Below, in pieces: positions 17,620 to 26,371 of a stretch of 64,000 nucleotides of DNA (positions are counted from its first letter, which is position 1; each line of letters opens with the position of its first letter). A model generated the notes under the pieces. It ran no database searches. It saw only the letters and a program-made list of their open reading frames with translations, and was not told the origin of the DNA. The translations under genes and the position numbers were made by a program. The stretch is from an uncultured bacterium (lineage in GTDB: Bacteria; Actinomycetota; Acidimicrobiia; Spongiisociales; UBA5794): the NCBI GenBank assembly GCA_963801165.1, contig CAWDDT010000011.1:288001-352000 (forward strand), in the 5' to 3' direction.

Positions 17620-19062
17620 ATGCGGGAGAGAACCAGACCTACCTGGTGGGGCGGACATGCCCACGTGGTGTTCACGATTGTCGTGTTCGTGACGCTGGCC
17701 TCGCTCGACAACGCGGCCCTGGCGACGATCCCCGCGATGACGGATCCGATCAAGGTGACCCTGGATACCTCGACAACCGCAATCGGCATCCTCATTGCAA
17801 TGGTCATCCTCATCACAGCTCTCAGCGCAGTCGCCTGGGGCTATTGGGGCGATCGCTCCGACCGAAAGCGGCTTCTCTTCTGGGGGACACTGGCCTGGGC
17901 AACAGGTTGTCTGCTCTCCTCGACAGCCGTCACCTACTGGCAACTCTTTGCGTGGCAGTTTGTCACCGCAGTCGGGCTCGGCGTCATCGCGTCGGTCGGT
18001 TTCTCGGTGATCAGCGACTTTGTGTCTCCACGCAGGCGCGGGCTGGCCATGAGCTTCTGGGGTCTTTCGCAGGGCGCCGGAGCAATCCTCGGCGGCCTGC
18101 TTGCCAGCCAGTACGGAGCCGATGATTTCGCCACGGCCTTCCGGGTTATCGCCCTTCTCGGGTTGGCTACGGCCGGGTTGTATCTCTTCACGTACAACCC
18201 GCCGCGGGGAATGCGCGAACCGGACCTGGCTCAGCTTCACGAAAGCGGAGGTGAGTACGAGTACCGGATCTCGCTAGACCAACTCCCCACGATTTGGCGG
18301 CGACGTACCAACGTGTGGTTGATTGTCCAGGGCATCAGCGCTCAGGTCGCTTACGGATCACTCGTATGGGGGACTCTGCTCTACCAGGAGAAAGTGCTCG
18401 CTGCAGGGTATGACGCAAAGACCGCCACCAAGGTCGGAGGAATCCTGGCCGCCATGTTTCAGATCAGTGGCGTGCTGTCCATAGTGGCGGGGCACATCGG
18501 GGACAGGCTGCAGCTCAGGACTCTGAAAGGGAGGGCAATCGTGTCCACCGTGGGCATCCTGGGCGGCATTCCATTCTTCCTGATGTTCTTCTTCATTCCG
18601 CTGCGAGGTCTCAACGTGACTGCCGGAGCGGATTCCGTCACGCTCGCCGTCGAGGTACTGAAAAACCTCGTCACCAACGGTTGGGTCGCGGCCGCGTTCC
18701 TGACATCGCTGCTGGGCATTGCCTTCTCCGGTGCCGATTCACCAAACTGGTACGCGCTTATGTCCGATGTCAACCTCCCAGAACACCGCGGAACGGTGTT
18801 CGGTGCAGCCAATCTCGCCAACGCGTTCGGTCGCGCCCCGGGATCGGCACTCGCTTCGAGTGTCGCCGGAGCGCTCGAGCGGTCCATTGCCCCGCCGCTG
18901 AATTGGGCAGTGTCTCTCTCAATCTTCCAGGTGTTCTTCCTGCCCACCGGGTATTGCTACTACCGCGCCGCCAGAACTTCGCCGGGCGACATACAAGAGG
19001 TGCGGTCCATCCTGAGCCGGCGCTCGCGGAAAATCACCGAATCGGGGCATCCCGACGGGTAG
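17620..19062 (+). CDS. MFS transporter
   Basis: About 12 TM helices; motif A WGYWGDRSDRKRLL; ISDFVSPRRRGLAMS; DVNLPEHRGTVFG. Confidence 0.88.
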   Translation: MRERTRPTWWGGHAHVVFTIVVFVTLASLDNAALATIPAMTDPIKVTLDTSTTAIGILIAMVILITALSAVAWGYWGDRSDRKRLLFWGTLAWATGCLLSSTAVTYWQLFAWQFVTAVGLGVIASVGFSVISDFVSPRRRGLAMSFWGLSQGAGAILGGLLASQYGADDFATAFRVIALLGLATAGLYLFTYNPPRGMREPDLAQLHESGGEYEYRISLDQLPTIWRRRTNVWLIVQGISAQVAYGSLVWGTLLYQEKVLAAGYDAKTATKVGGILAAMFQISGVLSIVAGHIGDRLQLRTLKGRAIVSTVGILGGIPFFLMFFFIPLRGLNVTAGADSVTLAVEVLKNLVTNGWVAAAFLTSLLGIAFSGADSPNWYALMSDVNLPEHRGTVFGAANLANAFGRAPGSALASSVAGALERSIAPPLNWAVSLSIFQVFFLPTGYCYYRAARTSPGDIQEVRSILSRRSRKITESGHPDG

Positions 19063-19094
19063 GGTCGGGTCGAGATCGAGTCCTCGGAGGGGCA

Positions 19095-19808
19095 ATGGTT
19101 CGCAAGCTCGCCATCATCAGTCTGCTCGCCGGAGCTCTGGTCGCCCTGGTGCCCGGATGGGCATCGGCTTCCGTCACCGGTGATTGCACCGGACAGGCCA
19201 CCATAAAAGGGGCGACCTACACCCCGGCAAACGACACCGCCGGCAATGCTATCCCGATTCCGAACGAGGATGGCGTCCAGGTCACATACTCCGGGTCGGT
19301 GGGATTCGAGAACAAGGATCACTCTGGGGAGGCGAAGGTCCAGGTGGGCCCGTTTGCCATCAAGCTCGGTGACTGGGGTGGGGCAAACGACGAGGACACT
19401 CGGAGTGTCGAGAACAAGGTCTATCAGCTCGACGACTTCCGGGACAAGCTGCCCATCTGGATTCCCGGCGTGTGGAAGGTGACCGCCACCCACTCGGCGT
19501 CCGGCGGCGAGTGCTCCGGATTCGCCATGGTGAAGCTCGACGGCAACCCGCTGAGCAACCCGGTCGGTCTCGTGGTTCTCGTCGGCCTGCTCGGCACCGC
19601 ATTCTGGGCCGTGATGTCAATCATCGGCGGCCGCAAGGTCTCATCGGTCATCGCGGCACTCATCTTCGGGCTCTTCCTGTCCCTGGCCTTGATGATGTGG
19701 AGCGTGCGACCACTCGACACCCTCACCACGGCGGTGATACCCATCGCGCTTGCGGTTCTGGCCGGCGTAATCGCCACGCTAACGGGTCCCCGCGGCATTC
19801 CGCGTTGA
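19095..19808 (+). CDS. Hypothetical exported protein with three C-terminal TM helices
   Basis: RBS GGAGG; signal peptide MVRKLAIISLLAGALVALVPGWASA; a beta-rich domain with two Cys; hydrophobic C-terminus. Confidence 0.75.
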   Translation: MVRKLAIISLLAGALVALVPGWASASVTGDCTGQATIKGATYTPANDTAGNAIPIPNEDGVQVTYSGSVGFENKDHSGEAKVQVGPFAIKLGDWGGANDEDTRSVENKVYQLDDFRDKLPIWIPGVWKVTATHSASGGECSGFAMVKLDGNPLSNPVGLVVLVGLLGTAFWAVMSIIGGRKVSSVIAALIFGLFLSLALMMWSVRPLDTLTTAVIPIALAVLAGVIATLTGPRGIPR

Positions 19809-19882
19809 CGCCGCAATGGGCTGACAGATCCATAAAGTCGGGCCTGTAACCGCGCCGATAACCGGGGTGGAGGTTGATCGGA

Positions 19883-21127
19883 ATGGTGTCACAACTCCTT
19901 TTCTTCGCCATCGCCGCTGCAGCGGCCCTCGGCATGATGCTCCGCTGGTTCGGTGAGTCGCACGGCCATTCCCGCCGGATCGCCATGGTCCCCCACCGCA
20001 TCCACGTCAACGGCATCAGGGGCAAGTCGACCGTAACCCGGCTGATCGCCGGCATGCTGCGCGAGGCGGGGATGTTCACGGTCGGCAAGTCGACCGGCAC
20101 CTTCGCCGCGGTGATAGACCCCGATGGGCAGGACCGCCCCATCGATCGGAGCGGCTCCCCGACCATCCTCGAGCAGATTCAGGTTGTGCGGGACTGGGTC
20201 ACACCGTTTGTCGACGCCGTAGTGATGGAGTGCATGGCGATCGACCCCCGCTACCAGAAGGTCAGCGAAGATCGGATCATCAAATCGACGATCGGTGTCA
20301 TCACCAACGTCCGCGAGGACCATCAGGACGTTATGGGAGAGACACTCCCCGAGATCGCCCGCGCACTCATGTCGAGCTGCCCGAAGAACGGCATCCTGGT
20401 CACCGCCGAGCAGAACCCCGAAATCCTCGACATCATGTTCGAGGAAGCACGCAAACGTCACACCAGCCTGATCGTCGCCGACCCCACCAAGGTGCGGTCG
20501 GATGAAGTCGCTGCCTTCGACTACATCTCCTTTGAAGAGAACATCGCCATAACACTTGCAGTCGGCGAACTGCTCAACATCCCACGCCACGTCGCCATGA
20601 TGGGGATGGTGAAGGCTCCCGCCGATCCCGGAGTGCTCCGCATCGAGCGCTACGAGATCGCTGACAAGAAGGTCACCTGGGCGAACCTCTTCGCAGTGAA
20701 CGACCGGGAGTCGATGGCGGCCGCGATGGCCAAGCTCGACCCGTACGTGAGCGACAAAACCATCTCGGTCGGCATCCTCAACAACCGGCACGACCGCCAG
20801 CGCCGGGCTGTGCAGTTTGCCGACGTCGCCGTCAACGACCTGAAGTTCGACCGGCTCGCCACCTTCGGAGCCTACGAGGACCTCGTCTCCAACATCGTCC
20901 TGCGCAACGGCTACCCCAAAGAGCATCTGATCAACCTCGGCGAACAACGCAACCCGACCATCGAGGAGATCATCGACCAGCTCGTCGCCAGGATCCCAAG
21001 CAACGACGTGCTGCTCGTCGGATTTGTCAACATCCACACCGACCAGGCGGAGATGCTGCTCGAGTACTTCGAGCATGCAGACGCGCAACCACAAGCGCCG
21101 CATCGGCGCCTTATTGCAGTGGCGTAG
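19883..21127 (+). CDS. pgsB: Poly-gamma-glutamate synthase PgsB/CapB
   Basis: RIHVNGIRGKSTVTRLI, GKSTG, ECMA, ITNVREDHQDVMG, ENIA, DPG, NLFAVND.ES. Confidence 0.9.
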   Translation: MVSQLLFFAIAAAAALGMMLRWFGESHGHSRRIAMVPHRIHVNGIRGKSTVTRLIAGMLREAGMFTVGKSTGTFAAVIDPDGQDRPIDRSGSPTILEQIQVVRDWVTPFVDAVVMECMAIDPRYQKVSEDRIIKSTIGVITNVREDHQDVMGETLPEIARALMSSCPKNGILVTAEQNPEILDIMFEEARKRHTSLIVADPTKVRSDEVAAFDYISFEENIAITLAVGELLNIPRHVAMMGMVKAPADPGVLRIERYEIADKKVTWANLFAVNDRESMAAAMAKLDPYVSDKTISVGILNNRHDRQRRAVQFADVAVNDLKFDRLATFGAYEDLVSNIVLRNGYPKEHLINLGEQRNPTIEEIIDQLVARIPSNDVLLVGFVNIHTDQAEMLLEYFEHADAQPQAPHRRLIAVA

Positions 21128-21139
21128 GGACCGGGTGTA

Positions 21140-22294
21140 ATGCACGACTACCTGTTCGACATCAACACGGTGAGGTTTGCGTTCATTGTGGGCGTGCTGG
21201 CGTCGATCATCGTCTACGAGCGCTACCACATCACCACCGGGAGCATCATCGTGCCCGGCTACGTCGCCGTCTTCGTGCTGCAACCGCTGGTACTCCTCGT
21301 CACCCTCGCCAACGCGCTTTTTGCGTTCTGGTTCGTCAACCACGTACTGGCGAGACGGTTCCTCTTCGACATCCGCAACAAGTTCTCGACAATCATGATG
21401 ATTTCGGCGGCGGTGCAAGTTGTGTGCATCAAGGCGACCCCATCGACGCCCTACCTGTGGGAATCCAGCGTCCCGCTGCTGGTGGGTGTCGGCTACCTGG
21501 TCCCGGCACTCATCGCACACGATTTCGGGCGGCAGGGCATAAAGCTGACCCTACGGGCGGTGGGGATGGCAGCCGCTCTCGTGGCCGTCCCGATGACTCT
21601 GGCAGTCATGTTCTTCCCCGACGTTGCCGCCCACGGCTCGCTGACAGGTTACGGCGTGCTCGCCTTCCCGCCGGAATGGATTCCGATGTCGGTGCTGATG
21701 TCCGCCGCCGCGGCGTGGGCGCTTCAATACAACTTCGGGTTCCGCGCCGCCGGATACGTCGGTGCGGCCTACCTGGCGATGTTGACCACCAGCCCGATCA
21801 ACCTGCTCTTCCTCGGTGTCATCGGGTTCGCCGCCTGGCTGCTCGTGACCAGGGTCTTCATGCGGTCGATGATCCTCTTCGGCCGCAGGAAGTTCGCCTT
21901 GATGATGGTGACGGCGAGCATCCTCTCCTGGGTGGGTGTGTGGATCTCGACGTCGGTGTTCGACGTGAGCGTCGCGGCTTACGAGTCGATGGCCACAGTC
22001 GCTCTTACACCGCTATTTGTGCCTGGTCTCATCGCCAACGACATGGAGAGGGTGTCACCCTTGTTCGTCTTCACCGGGATGGTGTTCTCCGTGTCGTTCG
22101 TACTCACCACTACCTGGCTGGTGGTCACCGCGGTCACCGGGTACTACGGCGGTTGGGTGCCCGAGCCGATGGCGATTGCCGTTGCCGTGACCAGCGGTCT
22201 CGTCATATTCGGAAACCAGTTCGTGATGCTCGGCAAGTACGTGTGGGCCGCTGCCCGCAGACGACTGCTCGCGCCGTCACCGGCGCGCACGTAG
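21140..22294 (+). CDS. pgsC: PgsC/CapC-family membrane protein, tandem-duplicated (about double length)
   Basis: Half 1: TTGSIIVPGYVA...GVGYLVPALIAHDF.RQG. Half 2: FGFRAAGYVGAAYLA...LFGRRKF...VPGLIANDMER. Confidence 0.82.
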   Translation: MHDYLFDINTVRFAFIVGVLASIIVYERYHITTGSIIVPGYVAVFVLQPLVLLVTLANALFAFWFVNHVLARRFLFDIRNKFSTIMMISAAVQVVCIKATPSTPYLWESSVPLLVGVGYLVPALIAHDFGRQGIKLTLRAVGMAAALVAVPMTLAVMFFPDVAAHGSLTGYGVLAFPPEWIPMSVLMSAAAAWALQYNFGFRAAGYVGAAYLAMLTTSPINLLFLGVIGFAAWLLVTRVFMRSMILFGRRKFALMMVTASILSWVGVWISTSVFDVSVAAYESMATVALTPLFVPGLIANDMERVSPLFVFTGMVFSVSFVLTTTWLVVTAVTGYYGGWVPEPMAIAVAVTSGLVIFGNQFVMLGKYVWAAARRRLLAPSPART

Positions 22295-22693
22295 CCGTCG
22301 CGCCTCCAGCCGCGCACCCTCCAGCAGGTAGAGAACCGGGAGCGGTCCGACCATGAAGATGGCGCCGCCACCGATGTTGGCCCCACTCGAGGCGGCGGTA
22401 ACGATCCGGCCACCAACGGCAACGAGGACCCCGGCGAGCAAGAGGCGCCCGTAGACCTGCCACCAGCCTTCGCCGATCAGCCAGGACCGACCTCCGAGCC
22501 ACAGCGACAACAAGCCGCCGCACACGATGCTCGAGACGGCCGGGCCAACCACCACCTCCACTTCTCGAGCCAACCCGGGGACCCGCAAGATGTAGTCGGA
22601 TCCCGAGCCCTCGGCCAGCTGCCCGATCAAGAACCAGACGGCCAGAGGCGTCGCCACCGTGACCACAACGGCCACGCGGTGATGGCTGCCCAT
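22277..22693 (-). CDS. Hypothetical 4-TM membrane protein
   Basis: VWFLIGQL, GRIVTAASSGANIGGG; adjoins the upstream minus-strand gene. Confidence 0.65.
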   Translation of the reverse strand: MGSHHRVAVVVTVATPLAVWFLIGQLAEGSGSDYILRVPGLAREVEVVVGPAVSSIVCGGLLSLWLGGRSWLIGEGWWQVYGRLLLAGVLVAVGGRIVTAASSGANIGGGAIFMVGPLPVLYLLEGARLEARRLRARR

Positions 22694-22695
22694 CG

Positions 22696-23310
22696 CTACC
22701 TCCAGGCGGGCGCGTCGATATCCTCGGCGACCAGCCAGGGGCCGCTGGAACCGTCGAGAGCTGCCACGAGAAGACGGCCCTCGCTATCACAAACCCACGC
22801 GTACTGGCCATCGCTGGTGATCCCCTGCTCCCGGAACGCATAGCCGCGCGGTCCTTCGGCATCGATCAGTGTCACCTCACCTGTACTACCTGTGTAGGTC
22901 AACGTGACATGACCCTCCCGGGCGAAGGTGTGGAGATTCTCGTCATACCGGGGATGCGGGCCTGTGAAGTCGTCGCTCGTACCGACGGCAGTGCCGGTGG
23001 CGGGGTCGATGATCGTCGCGACACCCGTGCCCGAATCCACCCGAAGGTTGCCGTCGTCGTCCCAGCCGACCAGCCACACCCAGTCGGCGCAATACACCTC
23101 ACGGGTCGTCCCACTCGCTACATCGAGCACCTCGAGACAGCTGTCGCGGTCCTGGGTCACGTAGGCAACGGTGCCCTCTACCGTCGGCCCACCTTCGTAC
23201 AAGTTCGGGAAGGCCGGCAGGGTACGGATACCAAAGACGACCACGACTGCAAGAACAATGAAGATGACCGCCGCCGCGCCTGTGAGCCAGAGTCTCGATG
23301 CCCGGCTCAT
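22696..23310 (-). CDS. Hypothetical membrane-anchored beta-rich protein
   Basis: MSRASRLWLTGAAAVIFIVLAVVVVFG anchor followed by TolB-like strands; ATG overlaps the stop of the DUF2157 gene. Confidence 0.7.
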   Translation of the reverse strand: MSRASRLWLTGAAAVIFIVLAVVVVFGIRTLPAFPNLYEGGPTVEGTVAYVTQDRDSCLEVLDVASGTTREVYCADWVWLVGWDDDGNLRVDSGTGVATIIDPATGTAVGTSDDFTGPHPRYDENLHTFAREGHVTLTYTGSTGEVTLIDAEGPRGYAFREQGITSDGQYAWVCDSEGRLLVAALDGSSGPWLVAEDIDAPAWR

Positions 23311-24254
23311 GGCGTCTCCCGCCTGCGCCCGAGCCAGATCGCCAGAGCCACGATGGCCAGACCGCTGAGGAACAGCCCGAACATCCCGCCGAATGCGTCG
23401 CCGAAGAAGTGAAACATCGCCTGGGGAACGAACCAGAAGATTCCAATGCCGCCGAGGACGATCGTCGCCCTCTCCTTCAACGCAACGCCGGCGGCGGCAA
23501 AGAGCGCAGCCGATGCCAGCCCCAGCATGATGCCGAGTGCGGGGCTGTAGCCATCGATGACGATCAACTGGGATCCGTAGAGCATCGACAGGGCACCGAG
23601 GGTCATCGCAGTGACCGGAGGTTGGATCACACCCGCCCTGGCAACGAGAACCCAGGTAAGCCCGACGCCCCAGGCAACGAATCCGTAGACGAACGTTTCC
23701 GGCTCGGCGACCAGGTTGAGTGTCCACATGACGGTCGTCGTGACCGCGGCGAACAGCACCACCTGTTGGGCGGGCATGGTATGACGCCATAACATCAGTC
23801 CGCTGACCACCGCGGCAACAGCCCCGACCAGACTCCAGGCCCCCTCGGCGCTCATGCCGAGAATCGGGTCGAGCACCATGTACCCGGACCCGGCGATGGC
23901 GACAACACTGCCCGCCAAGAGCACGCTCGCCAGACGCCGCAAAGCCGGTTCCTCGCTGTCGAGGATCACTGCGCCTGCTGCAAACAGACCAACCGCGAGA
24001 CCGGCAAAAAGGGCGGCTTGCGCCAGATCGGTCAGGTTGCCCCAGAACTCCGAGACGAGGAAGAGCACCGCCCAGATCGCCAGCGCGGCGCCCACATATC
24101 CGAAGATCTCGGCCACGATGGGTATCCGCCGGCTGGTCGCATCAGAGAATCCATCGGGCGGACCTGCCACTGAATGACGCATCAGGTCGGCTTGATCCCG
24201 CGTGATGATCCCGGCGTCTAGCCATTTCTCGAGTTGCTTGTTGAGCTCGATCAT
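23307..24254 (-). CDS. DUF2157-like membrane protein
   Basis: N-terminal LEKWLDAGIITRDQA, then EIFGYVGAAL and about 9 TM helices; RBS AGGAG before ATG 24254. Confidence 0.75.
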   Translation of the reverse strand: MIELNKQLEKWLDAGIITRDQADLMRHSVAGPPDGFSDATSRRIPIVAEIFGYVGAALAIWAVLFLVSEFWGNLTDLAQAALFAGLAVGLFAAGAVILDSEEPALRRLASVLLAGSVVAIAGSGYMVLDPILGMSAEGAWSLVGAVAAVVSGLMLWRHTMPAQQVVLFAAVTTTVMWTLNLVAEPETFVYGFVAWGVGLTWVLVARAGVIQPPVTAMTLGALSMLYGSQLIVIDGYSPALGIMLGLASAALFAAAGVALKERATIVLGGIGIFWFVPQAMFHFFGDAFGGMFGLFLSGLAIVALAIWLGRRRETP

Positions 24255-24374
24255 GACACTCTCCTTTCTCGGCCTATCGTGCCCGCCACTGTGTCTGCGC
24301 ACGAGGGGGACAATCCCCCTCGATCTCTGGGGGACGGCGCCGGGACGCAGCGCCTGCCATTAACCTCCGACGAC

Positions 24375-25220
24375 ATGCCCGGTCTGCTTGCTTTCCATGC
24401 CCACCCTGATGACGAGGTCACCTCCACCGGCGGAACCCTCGCCAGATACGCCGACGCCGGTGAGCAGGTGGTTGTTGTCACCGCCACCGACGGAGCCGAG
24501 GGCGAGGTGCACAACTACGAGAACCCCGAGGAGATCAAGCCGCGTTTGGCCGAGATCAGGAAAGCCGAGATTGCCGAGGCTCTCGGGATCCTGGGCGTCA
24601 AGCGGCACGAGTTCCTCGGATACCGCGACTCGGGGATGATGGGTGAGCCATCAAACGAACACCCCGATTGTTTCTGGAAGGCGGATTTCGAGGAGGCCGT
24701 AGGCAGGCTGGTCAGGCTCATCCGCAAGTACCAGCCCGACGTGATGACGATCTATGACCCCTTTGGCGGTTATGGCCACCCCGACCACATCCAGGTGCAT
24801 CGGGTAGGGCTCGCCGCCTACTACGCCGCTCGTGATCTCGGGCGGTACCCGCTCGAGGATGGCGAGGTCGAGTGGACCCCCGCCAAGCTGTACTGGACCG
24901 CATGGCCGCGCTCCCGGGTGCGAGCGTTTGCCGACGCTCGTCTCGAGCAGGGGGCGATCGACAAGTCAAGCCATGAGCGGATGTCGGCGGCCGGGTTTCC
25001 CGACGACCAGGTGACCGCCTGGATCGACGTCCGGGATCGTTGGAAGCAGAAGGAAGCAGCCTGGCGGGCCCATCGCAGCCAGATCCCGGAGGACTGGTTC
25101 ATGCTTCAGGTGGCAGACACACTCGAGGAGCAGATCCTCGGCCGCGAGGCCTTCGCCAGGGTGGCAACCTCGGTGACGTGCAACGAGGTCGAAGACGATC
25201 TATTCGCCGGTTTGCGCTAG
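24375..25220 (+). CDS. PIG-L family deacetylase/amidase, MshB/Mca-like
   Basis: FHAHPDDE, TATDGAEGE, LGYRDSGMMG, YDPFGGYGHPDHIQVH, AHRSQI. Confidence 0.88.
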   Translation: MPGLLAFHAHPDDEVTSTGGTLARYADAGEQVVVVTATDGAEGEVHNYENPEEIKPRLAEIRKAEIAEALGILGVKRHEFLGYRDSGMMGEPSNEHPDCFWKADFEEAVGRLVRLIRKYQPDVMTIYDPFGGYGHPDHIQVHRVGLAAYYAARDLGRYPLEDGEVEWTPAKLYWTAWPRSRVRAFADARLEQGAIDKSSHERMSAAGFPDDQVTAWIDVRDRWKQKEAAWRAHRSQIPEDWFMLQVADTLEEQILGREAFARVATSVTCNEVEDDLFAGLR

Positions 25221-25377
25221 GAGCGTGCTGACTAATTGGCCGTGAAGGGTCGCAATGTCCCGATGTCTCTAGGTCGTTGACCACGGTTCGAGCCTGAACT
25301 GGAATTCTTCAGCACCCTTCTGATCACTCATCTGGCCACACCGGCATTGCCCCACATGCCCGCTTGCCATCGGTGCC

Positions 25378-25524
25378 TCAAGCCTCGTGTTGGCCACCGA
25401 TGAACCTGATCAACTCGGCACCGGACCCGAAATTGAACCGCTCCCCGGTAGACACCGATTCGGCTACACCGCGGAGACCGCTCACCGACGGGAGACGCAT
25501 CACACGTACGACATAGGTGTCCAT
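25378..25524 (-). CDS. Small 48-aa protein (YVVRV...RGVAESVSTGERFNF...ELIRFI)
   Basis: Resembles small proteins I recall next to MalT/BTAD regulators (RGxxxxVxxGExxxFxxxxELxxF); third gene of the minus-strand run. Confidence 0.55.
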   Translation of the reverse strand: MDTYVVRVMRLPSVSGLRGVAESVSTGERFNFGSGAELIRFIGGQHEA

Positions 25525-25577
25525 GACCCCTGCAGTCGCGGGCTCATCGGAGTGGTCCCCGCCACCCCTACGGTAAA

Positions 25578-25615
25578 TGGTGGTCCGGTCATCCCCCGTC
25601 CCGACCGGACCACCA
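25578..25615 (-). terminator. Hairpin downstream of the SLH gene
   Basis: TGGTGGTCCGGTC-N12-GACCGGACCACCA, a perfect 13-bp stem. Confidence 0.55.
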
Positions 25616-25642
25616 CCCCCGTTCCCTGGCACCGCCACTCAG

Positions 25643-26317
25643 TCAGTCCTCGAAGTAGTCGCTGAGGGGCGTGGCAACGATCACGATCTCGTTTGCAACC
25701 ACCGAATACCCACCGTCCCTGCAGGTCAGCGACACCGTGGTCGAGGCGGTCAACTCGTCGACGGCAAGAAACGACGCGGCATGCTGGTCGTTGTTGTCGG
25801 CGGCCGCGACGTCCACCCACACATCATCATCTACGTTTGGCGTCACGAGTCGGCAGTCGGCCCATGCGTCTGTGGTCGAGTTGTTCCAATACCATGCCTT
25901 GGCTTGGAAAAGGTACTTGCCGGGCCGCAGGGCAAGGGAAGCGACGGATTCGAAGTCGTTCACACCGGTGATGGCAACCGGGCCCTCCACGCGGGTTGTA
26001 TACACGAGAGGCCGCAGGTCGTCGGGTGCCAGCCCCTGGACGGTGCCGGCGTCGACGACCTGGTTCGTGGCCAACCGGTGCATGAATGCTGCCATCTGCT
26101 GGCGGGTCACGTTCTGCGTCGGACAGAACATGTCATTGGTAGGCGGGTTGCAGCCCTGGGTCACGTTCGCCGACGCGAGCCACTCGATGTCGCCGGAGAA
26201 GATGTTGCTGTCGGGCACATCGACGAATGATGAGGCTGCCGATACCGCAACCGGCACCGCCAGAACTGCCAGGGCGGCCAGCACCAGGGTGGCCGCCTTC
26301 CACGGGTTCCTATGCAA
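25643..26317 (-). CDS. Secreted S-layer-homology (SLH) domain protein
   Basis: Signal peptide; FVDVPDSNIFSGDIEWLASANVTQGC...FCPTQNVTRQQMAAFMHR. Confidence 0.8.
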   Translation of the reverse strand: MHRNPWKAATLVLAALAVLAVPVAVSAASSFVDVPDSNIFSGDIEWLASANVTQGCNPPTNDMFCPTQNVTRQQMAAFMHRLATNQVVDAGTVQGLAPDDLRPLVYTTRVEGPVAITGVNDFESVASLALRPGKYLFQAKAWYWNNSTTDAWADCRLVTPNVDDDVWVDVAAADNNDQHAASFLAVDELTASTTVSLTCRDGGYSVVANEIVIVATPLSDYFED

Positions 26318-26371
26318 GGTTTCCTACCTTTGTCGCTTGCCGCGAACATACGTAGGGTCCTTCGGGTTGCC

